A stretch of 63,997 nucleotides of DNA, the filler included, from Basidiobolus ranarum (Eukaryota), in assembly GCA_040143965.1 (NCBI GenBank). It is 3 parts of 3 records of this genome, joined end to end, with 100 filler letters (N's around TTAATTAATTAA, not from the genome) between each part and the next. Parts side by side here need not be neighbours in the genome. Positions count along the whole stretch, not along the records: positions 1 to 22,711 come from JASJQH010000180.1; positions 22,812 to 45,464 come from JASJQH010000181.1; 1 more part is not named here. The stretch is one strand, 5' to 3'. The notes beneath the pieces are model-generated. The model searched no databases. It saw nothing but the letters and a program-made list of their open reading frames with translations, and was not told the DNA's origin. Shown in pieces: positions 12,886 through 24,979 of the stretch; within the stretch, counting starts at the first letter, position 1; the number at the start of each line of letters is the position of its first letter. The translations under genes were made by a program, and so were the position numbers.

Positions 12886-14455
12886 GCCGTTTGTAAAAGA
12901 GCCACGCGGAGCGTAGTAAGGGTTTATAAAATTGGGGAGAAGCGAAAATAGCGAAATTTTAGTAGCTTTACAGGGGTTATAAAATAGAGAAGAGAAGAGA
13001 AGGCAGAAACGTAAGAAATTAGTAAATAATTGAACAAAATAGAACCGATTTTTACCAACGAAATAAAAGGTATCAAAAGTATCAGTTTTCATTTGTGTGA
13101 GCCCAAGTAGAAGCGAGACATTTGATTGGTTGAATTGATTCTAATATGTGGAGTTTATTACCAAGAAAGGGGTTAACGTAGCATATTGCTAAGCCACAGT
13201 CATGTATTTCCGGCTACAACTATCTCACTTCTGGTAGATGGAGTGGTTCCATTATGTTCGACTTGCAAGCTGGTAGACTTGGCTAATAGAGATCTTTGCT
13301 TCAACCATTCAAATATTAAGGCAAACAAATCGGCGAAACACACCGGCGTCCTCTAAACTAGGTAAAAGCACTCCACCCAATCCACCATTTTGTGGATCAG
13401 AATCGTGATTCCAGATGATTGGACCAACAGATGTATTCTGAAATGGGCATAGTACATGATTGGATGTAGATCTATTCTGAAATATACGTACAAATGACAA
13501 GATACCTTATTTCGTCTTAAAACGGACCCTCCTATCTCTCAATTAGGAAGAGATTCTATTCTCCCGTCTGATATCCCGCACCCCAAACAGCGCACTCAAG
13601 CTCTTTATTTATTGATTTCAACCGGAATTGTAATTTCGATGAATTTCGATAAGCCAAGTAAGTGTTCACGCTCATTCTAAAGCACATTCCTGTCCTCATT
13701 CAACGATATACTAATATGGCTAACATTGTAGAAAACATCCATTTACAAACATCAAATCAAACTATTCATAACAACTAATATCAAGCCATAAACGGCATCT
13801 TTGCCTTAGTAATGATCAACAAATGCCGATGATAAAGGGAAGCGAGTGGTCTTCTAAAATAATCCATTAGTTAAACAAGCATCAGTTCCCAAACCAGTCA
13901 TCACGCACTAACTAAAATCGATGAATGCTTTGGGAACCGAACTTTTAATTTACCCGCAACCTTTGAATAGATAGCGGAATCAGGCTGAATTCAACGGTGA
14001 CTGAATTATACGGTAACTGAATAAAACGGTGATCAAGAGGAAGAAAGCCTCCCCTAGCACAGCCATCGTTGACGTCGAAGCCCGCAGTCCTACATAACAA
14101 TCGCGATACGAAAGCTTTTACTCTATCGTCAGTTGATTTCATTCGCCTCTTCCTAATCTAGTTCCTGTGTCTAGATGTTCGTAGTACGCAATATATTTGG
14201 TAGGATAATCTTTCATTTGAGATAGCACGTACTCTGAAAATGGATCGAAAGAGAACGGAGGAATTTGGAACGGTGGGGCTCAATTAAGCAAAAATAAGAT
14301 CATATTTAGCATGAGCGCAGAATGACAGTACATGATAGCACTTATAAATATATAATGCTCACCTCCGCTTGCTGTAAACGAATTCTATCGAAATTTTAAC
14401 ATCCACTGCCTCATATATATATAGACCACCCTTTCTCTTCTCACACACTCACAAT

Positions 14456-15073
14456 ATGCTTGAATACAAGTTAGAGGTAGTTCAACAACCCGAACGCGCC
14501 CGGATGTGTGGTTTTGGTGAGCGCGATAGAAGACCAATAGATCCACCACCTATCGTAAAACTCATTACATTGAAAGAGGATGGAACCCCCGACAAAATCC
14601 CCATCGATAATGCATCCTTTGTTGTTCATGTAGATTTGTGGTCTTCTGATTGTCAAAAAGATTGTAATGTTCTACTCAATACATCCGGCATTCCTACAAG
14701 ACAAGGTTCAAGCTCTGCTTTTGTAACAAATGACAAAGGGGTGTATTCAAGAAATCTTGTCGGTTCTTTGGCTTCCTCAGCATACTTTCTCCACGATCAT
14801 AACGGGGAAAAGGGGATTTTTTTCATTTTCCCCGATCTATCCATTCGAACTGAGGGAAAATACTGCCTAAGGTTTCTATTTACTGACCTCAGTCAGACCG
14901 ATCAATTTCCACACTCTATGATACGGACGTGGGCATATTCTACACCATTCTCTGTATACCCAGCAAAGTCTTTCCCTGGGGTCACCGTTATTACCGAGCT
15001 TTCTAAAAGTTTTGCAAAGCAAGGTATTAAATTGGCCATGAGACGCCCCGGATCCAAAGAAGATTTAGCATAG
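14456..15073 (+). CDS. Velvet-domain transcription regulator (compact, intronless)
   Basis: YKLEVVQQPERARMCGFGERDRRPIDPPPIV, RNLVGSLASSA...GIFFIFPDLSIRTEGKYCLRF and FSVYPAKSFPG...TELSKSFAKQGIKL are hallmark velvet motifs. Confidence 0.95.
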   Translation: MLEYKLEVVQQPERARMCGFGERDRRPIDPPPIVKLITLKEDGTPDKIPIDNASFVVHVDLWSSDCQKDCNVLLNTSGIPTRQGSSSAFVTNDKGVYSRNLVGSLASSAYFLHDHNGEKGIFFIFPDLSIRTEGKYCLRFLFTDLSQTDQFPHSMIRTWAYSTPFSVYPAKSFPGVTVITELSKSFAKQGIKLAMRRPGSKEDLA

Positions 15074-16303
15074 ATTCTATTAATTGGTTCAACGCAACAT
15101 AGTAGTCCCTCCCTCCTTCCCTCCCACCTGCACATCAGTATTTATGAGTGAGAGCAATTAGCACTCTTAAAGATATGCACCCATAACCGTTTGGTATTGC
15201 CACTTGGTATTACTCTCACAGACATTCAATCGTTTTCTTGTGTACAAATTCTTCATGGCCATTCCAGTCCCCTTTCTTGTAATATATCAGGCTTTTCCCA
15301 AGTTTCCTCTGATATGTATTAACCATATAGCTATCAATATGATCTGTATATTCATACTCCCCATTGACAACTCCCCCAACATTGCATTTATCTCTTCCAA
15401 GTCACTGTGGTGCTTGTTGAAATTCTAAGCGAGTAAGCAGCGATAGTTACCGATCACCGTGATCATAATCAGATAAATTTAACCATATTCAGAATTCTAT
15501 AAAGTTCCATCTCATATATCCCTATATTGATCATTTTCATTATTCACCAAACCCGATTGGTTCTTGAATGTTTTGAACTAGTTTCGTCGTTTCACCAGCG
15601 TTGTTCTTCGTTGCCTCACCTAGATATATGTAACTGGTTGCGTGCCAAATGGACTTAAAGTGGATAAAAGTCTAGACTTGTGAAAAGCTGTGAAAAGCTA
15701 GCATTGTTTTCGTGTGAAGCTAAGGGCCCTGATCGATTCCTAAATATTTGTAAGCTAAAGTAAGATAAACCATATTCACTACTAGTGTAACATCTCTTTA
15801 CAAGCTGAAGGAAAGACCATGTGATATCGGCCTTCCCTGCATTTGGGCAGCTTAAGAGGGTCTATTTATATGTTGGCATATTCCTGATAATCACCCATTC
15901 TTGTGCTCAAAGTTTATTTGCAGCAGATACGCTCAATAGATCCATCCGCTTTATCTATCCAGATATGGTTCCCGAAATGTTGTGATTGAAACAAGAGTAA
16001 TGCATACCTGCATACATTAATATGGAAGTCCTGGTTATACATGGTTTGGTATTCATGTTTAGTTAATTACGAATACCGGTTGATTATAGATTGCCAAGTC
16101 TACTTATCAATGCAATGTTTACGAATGATTCACGAATGATTCATTTTACTTCTAATTGCGCCTTTGTCGATGGACAAGGTATTAAGTGTTGTACAAGTGT
16201 GAATAAATATTGGGGTGAGTGGCAAGTAAAGAAAGTGGTGATGTGGGGAAGTATTAAAATTATCCAATTTCGGGACACTATCCCATGATTAGAATGTGCA
16301 TAA

Positions 16304-17947
16304 TTAATTGATCAGTTGGACCCATTTGGCTATGGAAGGAATGTTGTTTTCTAATACAAATAACATGTAGAACTTGGGAGGGGCGATATTAGCATTGGGT
16401 GGGCCACGAACGGTGACTTTGTTTCCATCGATCTTAACCTGCTCCAAAGTGACATGACGATGGCTCATATGAGTACTGTGAGTGACAAAGCCAGAGTGAA
16501 TTAGGGTCACTTGAATTTCTGGATTTTCGGTGAAATATTCGAATTCTACTTCGAAGCTTTCTCCATATGTGATCTTATTGGGGATTGCTCGAATAATTGG
16601 TCGTGGTGAGTCACCGAATAAGTAGGGTGGGGAAAAGGCCTCAACACGGTACTCGGTTGGGTAGTCGACTTGTTCAAAGGTGGCGTCAGAGTTAGGGTTA
16701 CTACCGGCAACAAATACTCGCCCGTCAGGAATCAAAATTGCGGTGGAGTGATATACCCTGGGGATACTTGACATTCCCAAGGTTGTGAATCGCTCACCTT
16801 TGGGTGCTTTTGGGTCATAAACAACTGGTGCAAAAGTGGGATCTCTGGCCCGATTGAAGCCTGCGGTTCCGACTTGTACCCCGTTGATGATGATAAGTTT
16901 ACCATCAGGTAGGGCCATCATATCCGGCATAACACGTGCGTATGGCATTTGTTCCATATGCCACTTCGGCTCTTTCGCATCCAGATTAATACGTCCACAT
17001 GAAGTAGTTCCGGGGCTATTTCTGTTGTATCTTCTACTTCCTCCACAAATCAATATCTCTGCTTGGTAATTATTTTCAGATGATAATGGTAAGAGGATGG
17101 AGGCTCCAGTCAATGGATATGTACGTACACCTCCGGGTATTTCTGGTAACTCTTTTTCTACTGTCCATGTCGTTGTATTCAAAATCACCGATTTTGTGTT
17201 AGCAAAGACAAACAAATTTCCATTGGGGAGTAAATGGGCTGCGGGATACAGATTGTTGGGTAAAGTATCCTTCAAAAGTTGTAGCTCCTTTTGTCCTTTG
17301 AAAGGATCCTGAGGGGAGGGAGGGTAGAGTTCAAATGTTGGAACATTAATTTCTTCAGTGTTGACTGCACAAGTAGTGGTTGATCCGCCCAAAATAATCA
17401 ACCTTCCATCTGCTAAGCCTTCAACCGTAGGGTACCATCGTTTACTATCAAGGGTGATATTGAAGTCTTGATTGAAGTCACAAAGCTGATTCGGACAAGG
17501 TTTAAAAGAACGAATACCATTAAATCCTTCTTGAATTTTTCTTCTACCTTGAGAGCCTGAGACATTTATTAAAGTCTAAAAATCAATGGTTATTATCTTA
17601 TTTGTAAATATATTCATAAGAAAAGTATAGTTGTTTATTCTTACCCCGTCAGGTAAAAAGCCTCCAGCCGAACAAAAAGTATTACTCTTTAGGTCCAGAG
17701 GACGAACTGTATTGGTTTCCAAGTCATACTCCGAGCCCCAAGCAAAGTCGCCATTAGGGAGATATAGTTTAGAGGCTTTTTGAACTCTGTCGAGAATGAT
17801 AACGTGGTTCGTATGAGTTAAGGCCATGTGCATTGCCGACACGCCAGAGTGACCAATTAAGTCCCATTGGCCGTCTTTGTCTATTTGCCCATTAACGGTG
17901 AGAAGGGCAGTGGCAATCACTGACAAGGTGCTTAATATTGACTTCAT
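16304..17947 (-). CDS. Secreted copper radical oxidase (glyoxal oxidase, CAZy AA5_1-like); intron 17576-17644
   Basis: Signal peptide, SGVSAMH, NTFCSAG (Cys of the Tyr-Cys cofactor), RWYPT, RVYHS and FVTHS copper ligands, and a C-terminal DUF1929-type PPNANIAPP. The intron joins the two ORFs in frame. Confidence 0.93.
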
Positions 17948-18425
17948 TCAGAGTATAGGGTGTCGATATAAAGCAGAGATTATTTTCTATTTAGAATATG
18001 GACCAAACCATGGATATATATATACAAATGGAATTTAACTAAATTAATTGATAAATTAACATGAATCTTTACGTTTCATTTCAATGAGAATAGAATGTAT
18101 TTGTGGTAGGTGGGGAGCGGCATCCTGTACGCCGATAAAAAGTTGTGTTACTTAAAGCTTTGTTAAAGCCCAATCATGGAAAAATAATTATCAAGTTCCT
18201 TATTGAATGAATGAAGAGATCTAGACCTATGTATGAGCAACTTTGTTAGGAAATAAAGGCAAAATTCACCCAGTCAACTCGCCAAATTTGCTCACTAAAA
18301 ATAGACTGGGTTGCATTCAAACTCCACATCAAAATTTACTAATTAAAGAGGCTTTCTATCGAATTGCACAAGCACATATCTCTCGTTAAGTGGCCTTAGC
18401 ATTGTACTGTACTCGGACATTTCTT

Positions 18426-18485
18426 CCATATCCATATCCATACCTATTTCCACATCCACATCCACATCCATACCCACACCCACTC
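18426..18485. repeat. Degenerate hexamer microsatellite (CCAYAT)n
   Basis: ccatatccatatccatacctatttccacatccacatccacatccatacccacacc. Confidence 0.6.
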
Positions 18486-18734
18486 ATTTAAACGCACTAA
18501 ACAAATCCATCCATCACTTTCCTAAATCACTTATAAATCATCTTCACACCTGATGTTTCATGTTGATGTATACAGATCGGTTTACTCGAAGGGCTTGCTA
18601 TAATTGGTCTCCGCACACATATGATCTGAAAAATTCTTTTGACTCAAACTTATTTGCCAATAGTTGTGACAGTCGACACTACTTTAATGACGTGTCAAAC
18701 ACAGTACCATTTCATTGTCCCATCCTCTTGATGA

Positions 18735-19250
18735 ATGACAGTAACTGTAACTATGTCGCACCATATTCAGAGAAACAACGAGACTCACCACCAAGAGTAC
18801 TCTCAATTGAAGAAAAAGATCGCACCCATTAGTAGATATCATTGTTCACTCAAGTTCGGTTGTCCACTTCCAGAATATATTTGTCAAAACAACGGGTTCT
18901 GCTTTCCACGAGATCCAGAAGATGCTGACTGTTTTGGAAAGAAACATATGTTTGTACGTATTCGGGATGTGTACACTTTCTTCTGCAAAATACCAGATAA
19001 CATTGAGAAACAAGTGAATGGTCCAGAGGAGTGTGAGAATTGGGAGAAATATCGTAATGGTGTTTGTTATTTCACTGGCCAACATGAGGAATTCCCGGAA
19101 CCCTTAGAGCCATTTTTTGGAGTGGTTTTTGTCAGTATTATCGCGATTATATTGTTCTTTATCTACAAAAAGAACAGTACTTCTGAAGAGAATGAGAGCG
19201 AGCGTCTACCGATCCATTCCTCTTCTCCAAATTACACACAGATAGACTAA
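18735..19250 (+). CDS. Hypothetical Cys-rich single-pass membrane protein
   Basis: 171-aa ORF with a Cys cluster (CSLKFGCPLPEYICQNNGFC) and a TM helix FFGVVFVSIIAIILFFIY followed by KK. Start is uncertain. Confidence 0.55.
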   Translation: MTVTVTMSHHIQRNNETHHQEYSQLKKKIAPISRYHCSLKFGCPLPEYICQNNGFCFPRDPEDADCFGKKHMFVRIRDVYTFFCKIPDNIEKQVNGPEECENWEKYRNGVCYFTGQHEEFPEPLEPFFGVVFVSIIAIILFFIYKKNSTSEENESERLPIHSSSPNYTQID

Positions 19251-21457
19251 CTTGTTAAGTATATACAATCTTTACTAGGCCACTTACATGTTAATTTATA
19301 TTCAATAAATCATCAATAACAAACATGATTCCAATTTCTGCTGTATAACTGTACAAGTACCCAATCTATGCTCGTTAATTGAATTGTGAGGAAGTATTGG
19401 TTACAATCAAATCAGATCAAATCAAATTCATCGGGATTCTGTCAGGATTAATCGATGTTTGGTTGGGTTTGATTAGATTAAATCATTCCATGCAAACCCG
19501 TTTTCTGTGAGACATTTCAACCGAGAAGCCCAGAGCAGGGCAGGACACCGAAACTTGGTGTAGAAATACTGCTACTCAATGCTACTACCCAATACTACTA
19601 CCCATACATGAATCATCACGTTGGCAAATGGAAAAGAGTCAGTTGTTGAGTTAAAGTGGCTATGGATATATATACATGAAATTCGGAGATTGAATTAATA
19701 TATAATACAATAGGCGACGTGGGCACCATTTGAGATGTCTTATATTCATCCGCTCAGCCCGTTGCCTGAATTCTATAATATCAGGCTGGCGGAAAAGCGT
19801 TAATTAATCGACCACTGAGAAGCAAGAGATTTACACACTAAAAGTTGAGCATTGCTGGAGAAGCAGTGTGGCGAGCCATTTACCAGATATCCATAAGCCT
19901 CAGATTGTGGTGTTCTTTAGGTTTCATTATCTGGATAGTTAGGGTTAGGGTTAAGTTACTGAGCTTCAATCATGAGGAAATGAAATCGGAGAAACAGATA
20001 GATCTGGAGTGCATGTTCATTGGACTAAGATAACTTGACCGGAGTTGACATATATGGAATGAGTAATAATGGCTGAGCCACCAAGTGAGGCACGACTGAA
20101 GACAAACATCCCTGTACAGTTTAACTTAACTGTTCTATCGCCAAAGCCTTCTTCAACAAGCCACCTTACTTTTTGCGATCTACACTGGATTTCATGATGT
20201 ACAGGGCATATATTGTAATCAGACATAATGTTGGCGTTGATCCATTCATAATGCTTCTAGGCCATCTTTATTACCAGATTTTCGGAAACAGCAGGTAGTT
20301 ACTAGTGTGCTAATGAGCCTATTATCTGATATTTATTCAGATACCAATTGATAACGTTGTGTTCTTTGGGCTTGTGAAACGGATATATGCTACGGTTTAA
20401 CTCTAAATAGACACTCAACACTGAAAAGCCTAGGGTTTACACTCACCAATGAATGTTTGCAGAAAGAGTAATTCTATGATATCGTATGTAACAACCTCAA
20501 CATGTGCCTACAGTTAAGGTGAGATGGTCTACCATTAATAGCGGGTAATGATTCTATGAATAGCTGGTCTGTTTGTATCTGAACAGTACCGTCAGCTTAC
20601 TCAGATAAAAAGTTTAAGGGGTGTGTCGAGTGGTGGTGGACTTTCATTAGCACTCGAATGGGCATACTAACCACTAACCATAGCCAAGCTTATTGGGCTA
20701 GGTTTACTGTTAATACAAGCCCATCAATCTAACAGTACTTACCCACTTGCCTCGCCTTATGAAACACGGTAAAAATACATTCATGAAGATGTCATCCAGG
20801 GCTAAGGATACGCATATGAATGAACCCTGATGGTATACGCAAAAGAACGAAGCAAATACGTCCTTAAAATAGATACTAAGGGGCAATCATGTCAAGCTCC
20901 AACTATACAATCTACGTATCTTAATCTGGGCAACTGTTGCCTTTTCTGAAATCAAACACCCAAGCCCTTGTGGCGCCGAGCAGTGAGATGGTTTCTCTTG
21001 CCCATTCTCCATATTCAAAGGCAGCTGCACATTAGTGAATAAGTGATAATGCAAACAAAGCCTTAACCTTATTTCCAAATTGGTAGATTGACTCAAAAAG
21101 TACACTTTCACGCCACAAAACCTGCTAAGGGATTCTGGTTAGGGGATTTTCCTTATTCGTTCCCGTTTCAATGAAGATTGGAGGATTTGTGAAAAATCAA
21201 GATCAAATACCGTAATGTATCTACATAATTTGTGAATAGCCTGAACCTTGAACATTGCCATGCACACAAGCCTGAGGTGGTAAATATAATAGTAATCTAA
21301 CATATACTGTGACACATTCCACTCGATGACCGCTTCAGTGATAGATATCGCTTTATATTCTCAATGGATATATAAGAGAGGATGGCGACTGCCGTTCTAT
21401 CACAACTATCAACAAGCAGCGTTTTGAAAACGACTTCTACCAATAAACCAAACTAGG

Positions 21458-22456
21458 ATGTCAATCACCGATAATAGCAGTGTCATGAGCAATTCATTTG
21501 ACCAAAACTACTTCTCCGACCTTCTACTTTCTGATATAACAAATTGCCCTCTCTTAGAGGACTTCTCATCAACTGACATGGGCCATTTCTCTAACATCTT
21601 AGAGAGTGGGCTGACCACGCCTACTGAGTTGGAATTTGAATTTGCTGATTCCTTGCTCAACAACACTTTTGTATCTGACAATAATACCATTGAAACCTTA
21701 TTGGAGGCCGAACTCGACTTGCATATGGATCTTTCTTCAAATGAGGATTTTTCGGAATGTGGATCCTTGATTCCCTCGCCACTTACTCCGCCTAATGAGA
21801 TGGAGCTATTTTTGGATTATGATATCACTCAGTTGGTAAATGCCACTTCACCTCCACTCATCTTTCGTTCAAGAAGTTCCAGTGTATCCACAGCCTCTTC
21901 ATGCGACACCCCTTTTGACGAAGACTGGGCTACCTTACTATTGAACACTCTTGAGCTTGATGAGACTATGATTGGAGAGCAGGTTGAGATTGTATCTCCA
22001 AGTCAAGTCTCTGATCAGTTTAAATTTATCGTGTACGAGCCTTCGAGCAAAGGACCCAAACTTACTGCTGCGTCCAATCTTTCCCAAGCAACAAAGCCAT
22101 GCTCACCAAAAGTTACGGAAGAGAATGCTCCATGCAATAATGTATGCAGTAAAGGTTCATCAAAGACTCACATCTTCAGATGTACATTTCCTGATTGTGA
22201 AAAGACATTTAGTCGTCAATACAATCTGACTTCCCACATGCGCAGTCACTCAGACCTCCGCCCATATTCATGTGGCTTTTGTCCTCGTTCGTTTGCTAGA
22301 AAGCATGATCTCCAACGTCATACCCGCCTTCATACTGGAAGTCGTCCTTACGAGTGTTCCTCCTGCCTTAAAGGATTCCCAAGATCAGATGCCCTAAGTC
22401 GGCATTACCGGGTTGAAGAGAAATGCAGAATGGCCACTCAAAATTTCACTTCTTAG
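21458..22456 (+). CDS. C2H2 zinc-finger transcription factor
   Basis: Three C-terminal fingers (CTFPDC...H...H; CGFC...H...H; CSSC...H) with SDLRPY/TGSRPY linkers; acidic N-terminus; TATATAA about 90 bp upstream. Confidence 0.93.
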   Translation: MSITDNSSVMSNSFDQNYFSDLLLSDITNCPLLEDFSSTDMGHFSNILESGLTTPTELEFEFADSLLNNTFVSDNNTIETLLEAELDLHMDLSSNEDFSECGSLIPSPLTPPNEMELFLDYDITQLVNATSPPLIFRSRSSSVSTASSCDTPFDEDWATLLLNTLELDETMIGEQVEIVSPSQVSDQFKFIVYEPSSKGPKLTAASNLSQATKPCSPKVTEENAPCNNVCSKGSSKTHIFRCTFPDCEKTFSRQYNLTSHMRSHSDLRPYSCGFCPRSFARKHDLQRHTRLHTGSRPYECSSCLKGFPRSDALSRHYRVEEKCRMATQNFTS

Positions 22457-22811
22457 ATCCGCGTGGATTCATTATCCAAATATCATTACCATATAATAGC
22501 TATATCCTCAATCTGTGGATTGTAACATTTTTGTATATATGCGTATCAAAATCAGTAAATTCTGCGTTTCCATGTTGATCTTCTCGTATGTTTCAAATTA
22601 GCTTTGCTCCAAAGCGGAAATTTTTGTGAAGCCACACAGATCGTTAGTACTTTCTTTTTAGGAAATATTGACCGAAAGTGATTGCTTTTGTATTTTTAAT
22701 TAAACCATTCGNNNNNNNNNNNNNNNNNNNNNNNNNNNNNNNNNNNNNNNNNNNNTTAATTAATTAANNNNNNNNNNNNNNNNNNNNNNNNNNNNNNNNN
22801 NNNNNNNNNNN

Positions 22812-24595
22812 ACATCAAAACCACTGGCCTCTACGACCACACAAATACACCTGATAGAGTAAACCCAGATGTGTCAGCAACTCTCCAAGGCACTAAGAAC
22901 ACTATCGGTGCCGATCTTGGAGGCAACAACTCCTTTAATAATCAGCATGATCACCCAGTAGATAGTGGTCTCTATGATAGATCCAATGCAATTGGTACTG
23001 ATGAACATCATAGTGATCATCATAACTATCAGCATCATGGGCAGCCAGGAAGTCTTCACACTCATAGCAATACCAATGATGTTCACAATATGGGTCAACT
23101 CATCCATGATATTCATAACACTTCTCTCGATGAAAAATCTACTCAAAATATTGATCATCAACCACGATCCACTGGACTTGGAGCCGATGACGATATCAGC
23201 ATTCGTTCAGTACACAATGCTCCCATGGCATCCAGTCATCCAGTATCCAATACTTTCAGTCCCAGTGACAGCCTCAGTGGTAGAACTGGAAGTACTCGTA
23301 ACGACTTAGGACACGATGGTAATAGATCTGTATTGCCAGGCAGTGGAGGCACTGGACTTGGCTCTGGAGTCGACAACCAAATCAACGAATATAAGCATGA
23401 CATCAGCAATCCTGCTGATCATACAAACGTGGCCAGTAAGCTTGGAAGATCTAGTGAATTTGGAGCCAACTCAGGGTTGGACTCCAACACCCACGGTGAC
23501 AAACATCATTCTAGTCATTTAGTAAACGCTCTAGGTTCTGGAGCTGCTAGCGGAATGGCAAGTGGCGCACCTATTCTTCCTACTTATCAAGAAAATAGTG
23601 AACACAGAGATAGTGCAGTTGATAGAAGCATTGGAAGTCATGCCAACTCTGGTCACGGAGTTAATTCCGCTTTATCTGACAACCACGAAACAATCAAACC
23701 ACACTTTGGCGAGTTTACAACTCAAGAAGTATTGACTGATAGCTATGGCAATCCATCACGTAAATCGAGACCTACAGACACCAAACTCGTAGAATCTAAC
23801 GAAATTACCGATGTAACAGGACATGGCCAGATAGGCCATAATGATCCTAATAGTATTCGCACTCACAGTGGCAATAGTACTTTTGACCCCACCAATCCTT
23901 TGTCTGAACGCTCTCGTGAAGCGGGAGTGCCCAATGTAGCCCACAGCCATGATGATCCACTTGCTCCTTCTCTTCAATCGTTCGCTCACAACTCGGGATC
24001 GAATCACCATGGAGATGGTGATAAAACTCACAACCATAGCAGTACTCTTGGAGCTGGAGGTATCGCTGCCGGCTCTGGTGTAGGTAGTTTGGCAAATAGA
24101 GGAGACCATCTTGACAATTCTACTCACCCTCAAGGAAGTGCAAAAATATCAGATGTTGGTAAACGAGACTTAAATACAACTGGCTCAAATAACGAGAGAA
24201 TCCATGATACATCTTTTGGGCGTGATAATACTCTCAGTGACTCCTCTCCTATTAGATCAAAGGATGTATTAGGTGGCGGGCACAGTCTTTCTAACCGTGA
24301 TCCCAGCGGTAACCTAGAGACTAATGACCATCTTTCCCAAAGAGACTTATCTGGAAGAAGCCATAATGAAAATGGATTAAGTGATGCCACCAATAACACT
24401 CCTATCCATCGTGATGACTCTACTAACGCAGAAACAGGCACCGCCTCTGCATTGGGTAGCATGCTCTTGGGAAAAATCAAGCAAGCAGCTGGCTCTATTT
24501 TAGGGAATGAGCAATTGAAGTCTGAAGGTCAAGCAACTCACGGTCAAGCCAAAGAAGATCTCCATGAAGCTAGAGATATGCATACGTCGAACTAA
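22812..24595 (+). CDS. Hydrophilic H/S/G/N/D-rich protein with C-terminal CsbD-like motif; 5' end lost in gap (paralogue A)
   Basis: Open frame from the gap edge to TAA at 24595; C-terminal GKIKQAAGSILGNEQLKSEG; colinear homology to 28189-30366. Confidence 0.8.
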
Positions 24596-24979
24596 ACATC
24601 TCGTCAAAGATGTAATCAAATGAAAATGGATGTAACTTTGATTATAATACACTGTATTTATTTATTTTTGTTTGATATTAAAATAAACCACGCAACCAGT
24701 ACAACAAAAATCATGAGTAGAGCTGCGATACTCCTTAATCAAGCCCGCGTACATAATATAATGCCCAGATGAGCTGCACCTACATAATCAACTATAAAAG
24801 CACAACTAGGGTCACTGTGACCATGATACACTGAATTTACTAACTTTTGTTTGTTATCTCGTTTAAAATAAACTGACTTTGCTTAGCCAAAAAAACAAGG
24901 GCACGATGAATCCATGCTGTGATGAGTAATCATAGGGTAAGTGTATTTATTTAGTTAGATAATGTGCCAAAGATAATTT

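Noticed and set aside
19939-19953. TTAGGG repeats (also CCCTAA-like at about 56357-56387)
   Set aside because: Only about two units each; too short to call interstitial telomeric sequence.
22712-22811. TTAATTAATTAA palindrome inside an N-run (repeated in the gap at 45465-45564)
   Set aside because: Identical filler in both gaps with stops in all frames: an assembly spacer, not biological sequence.
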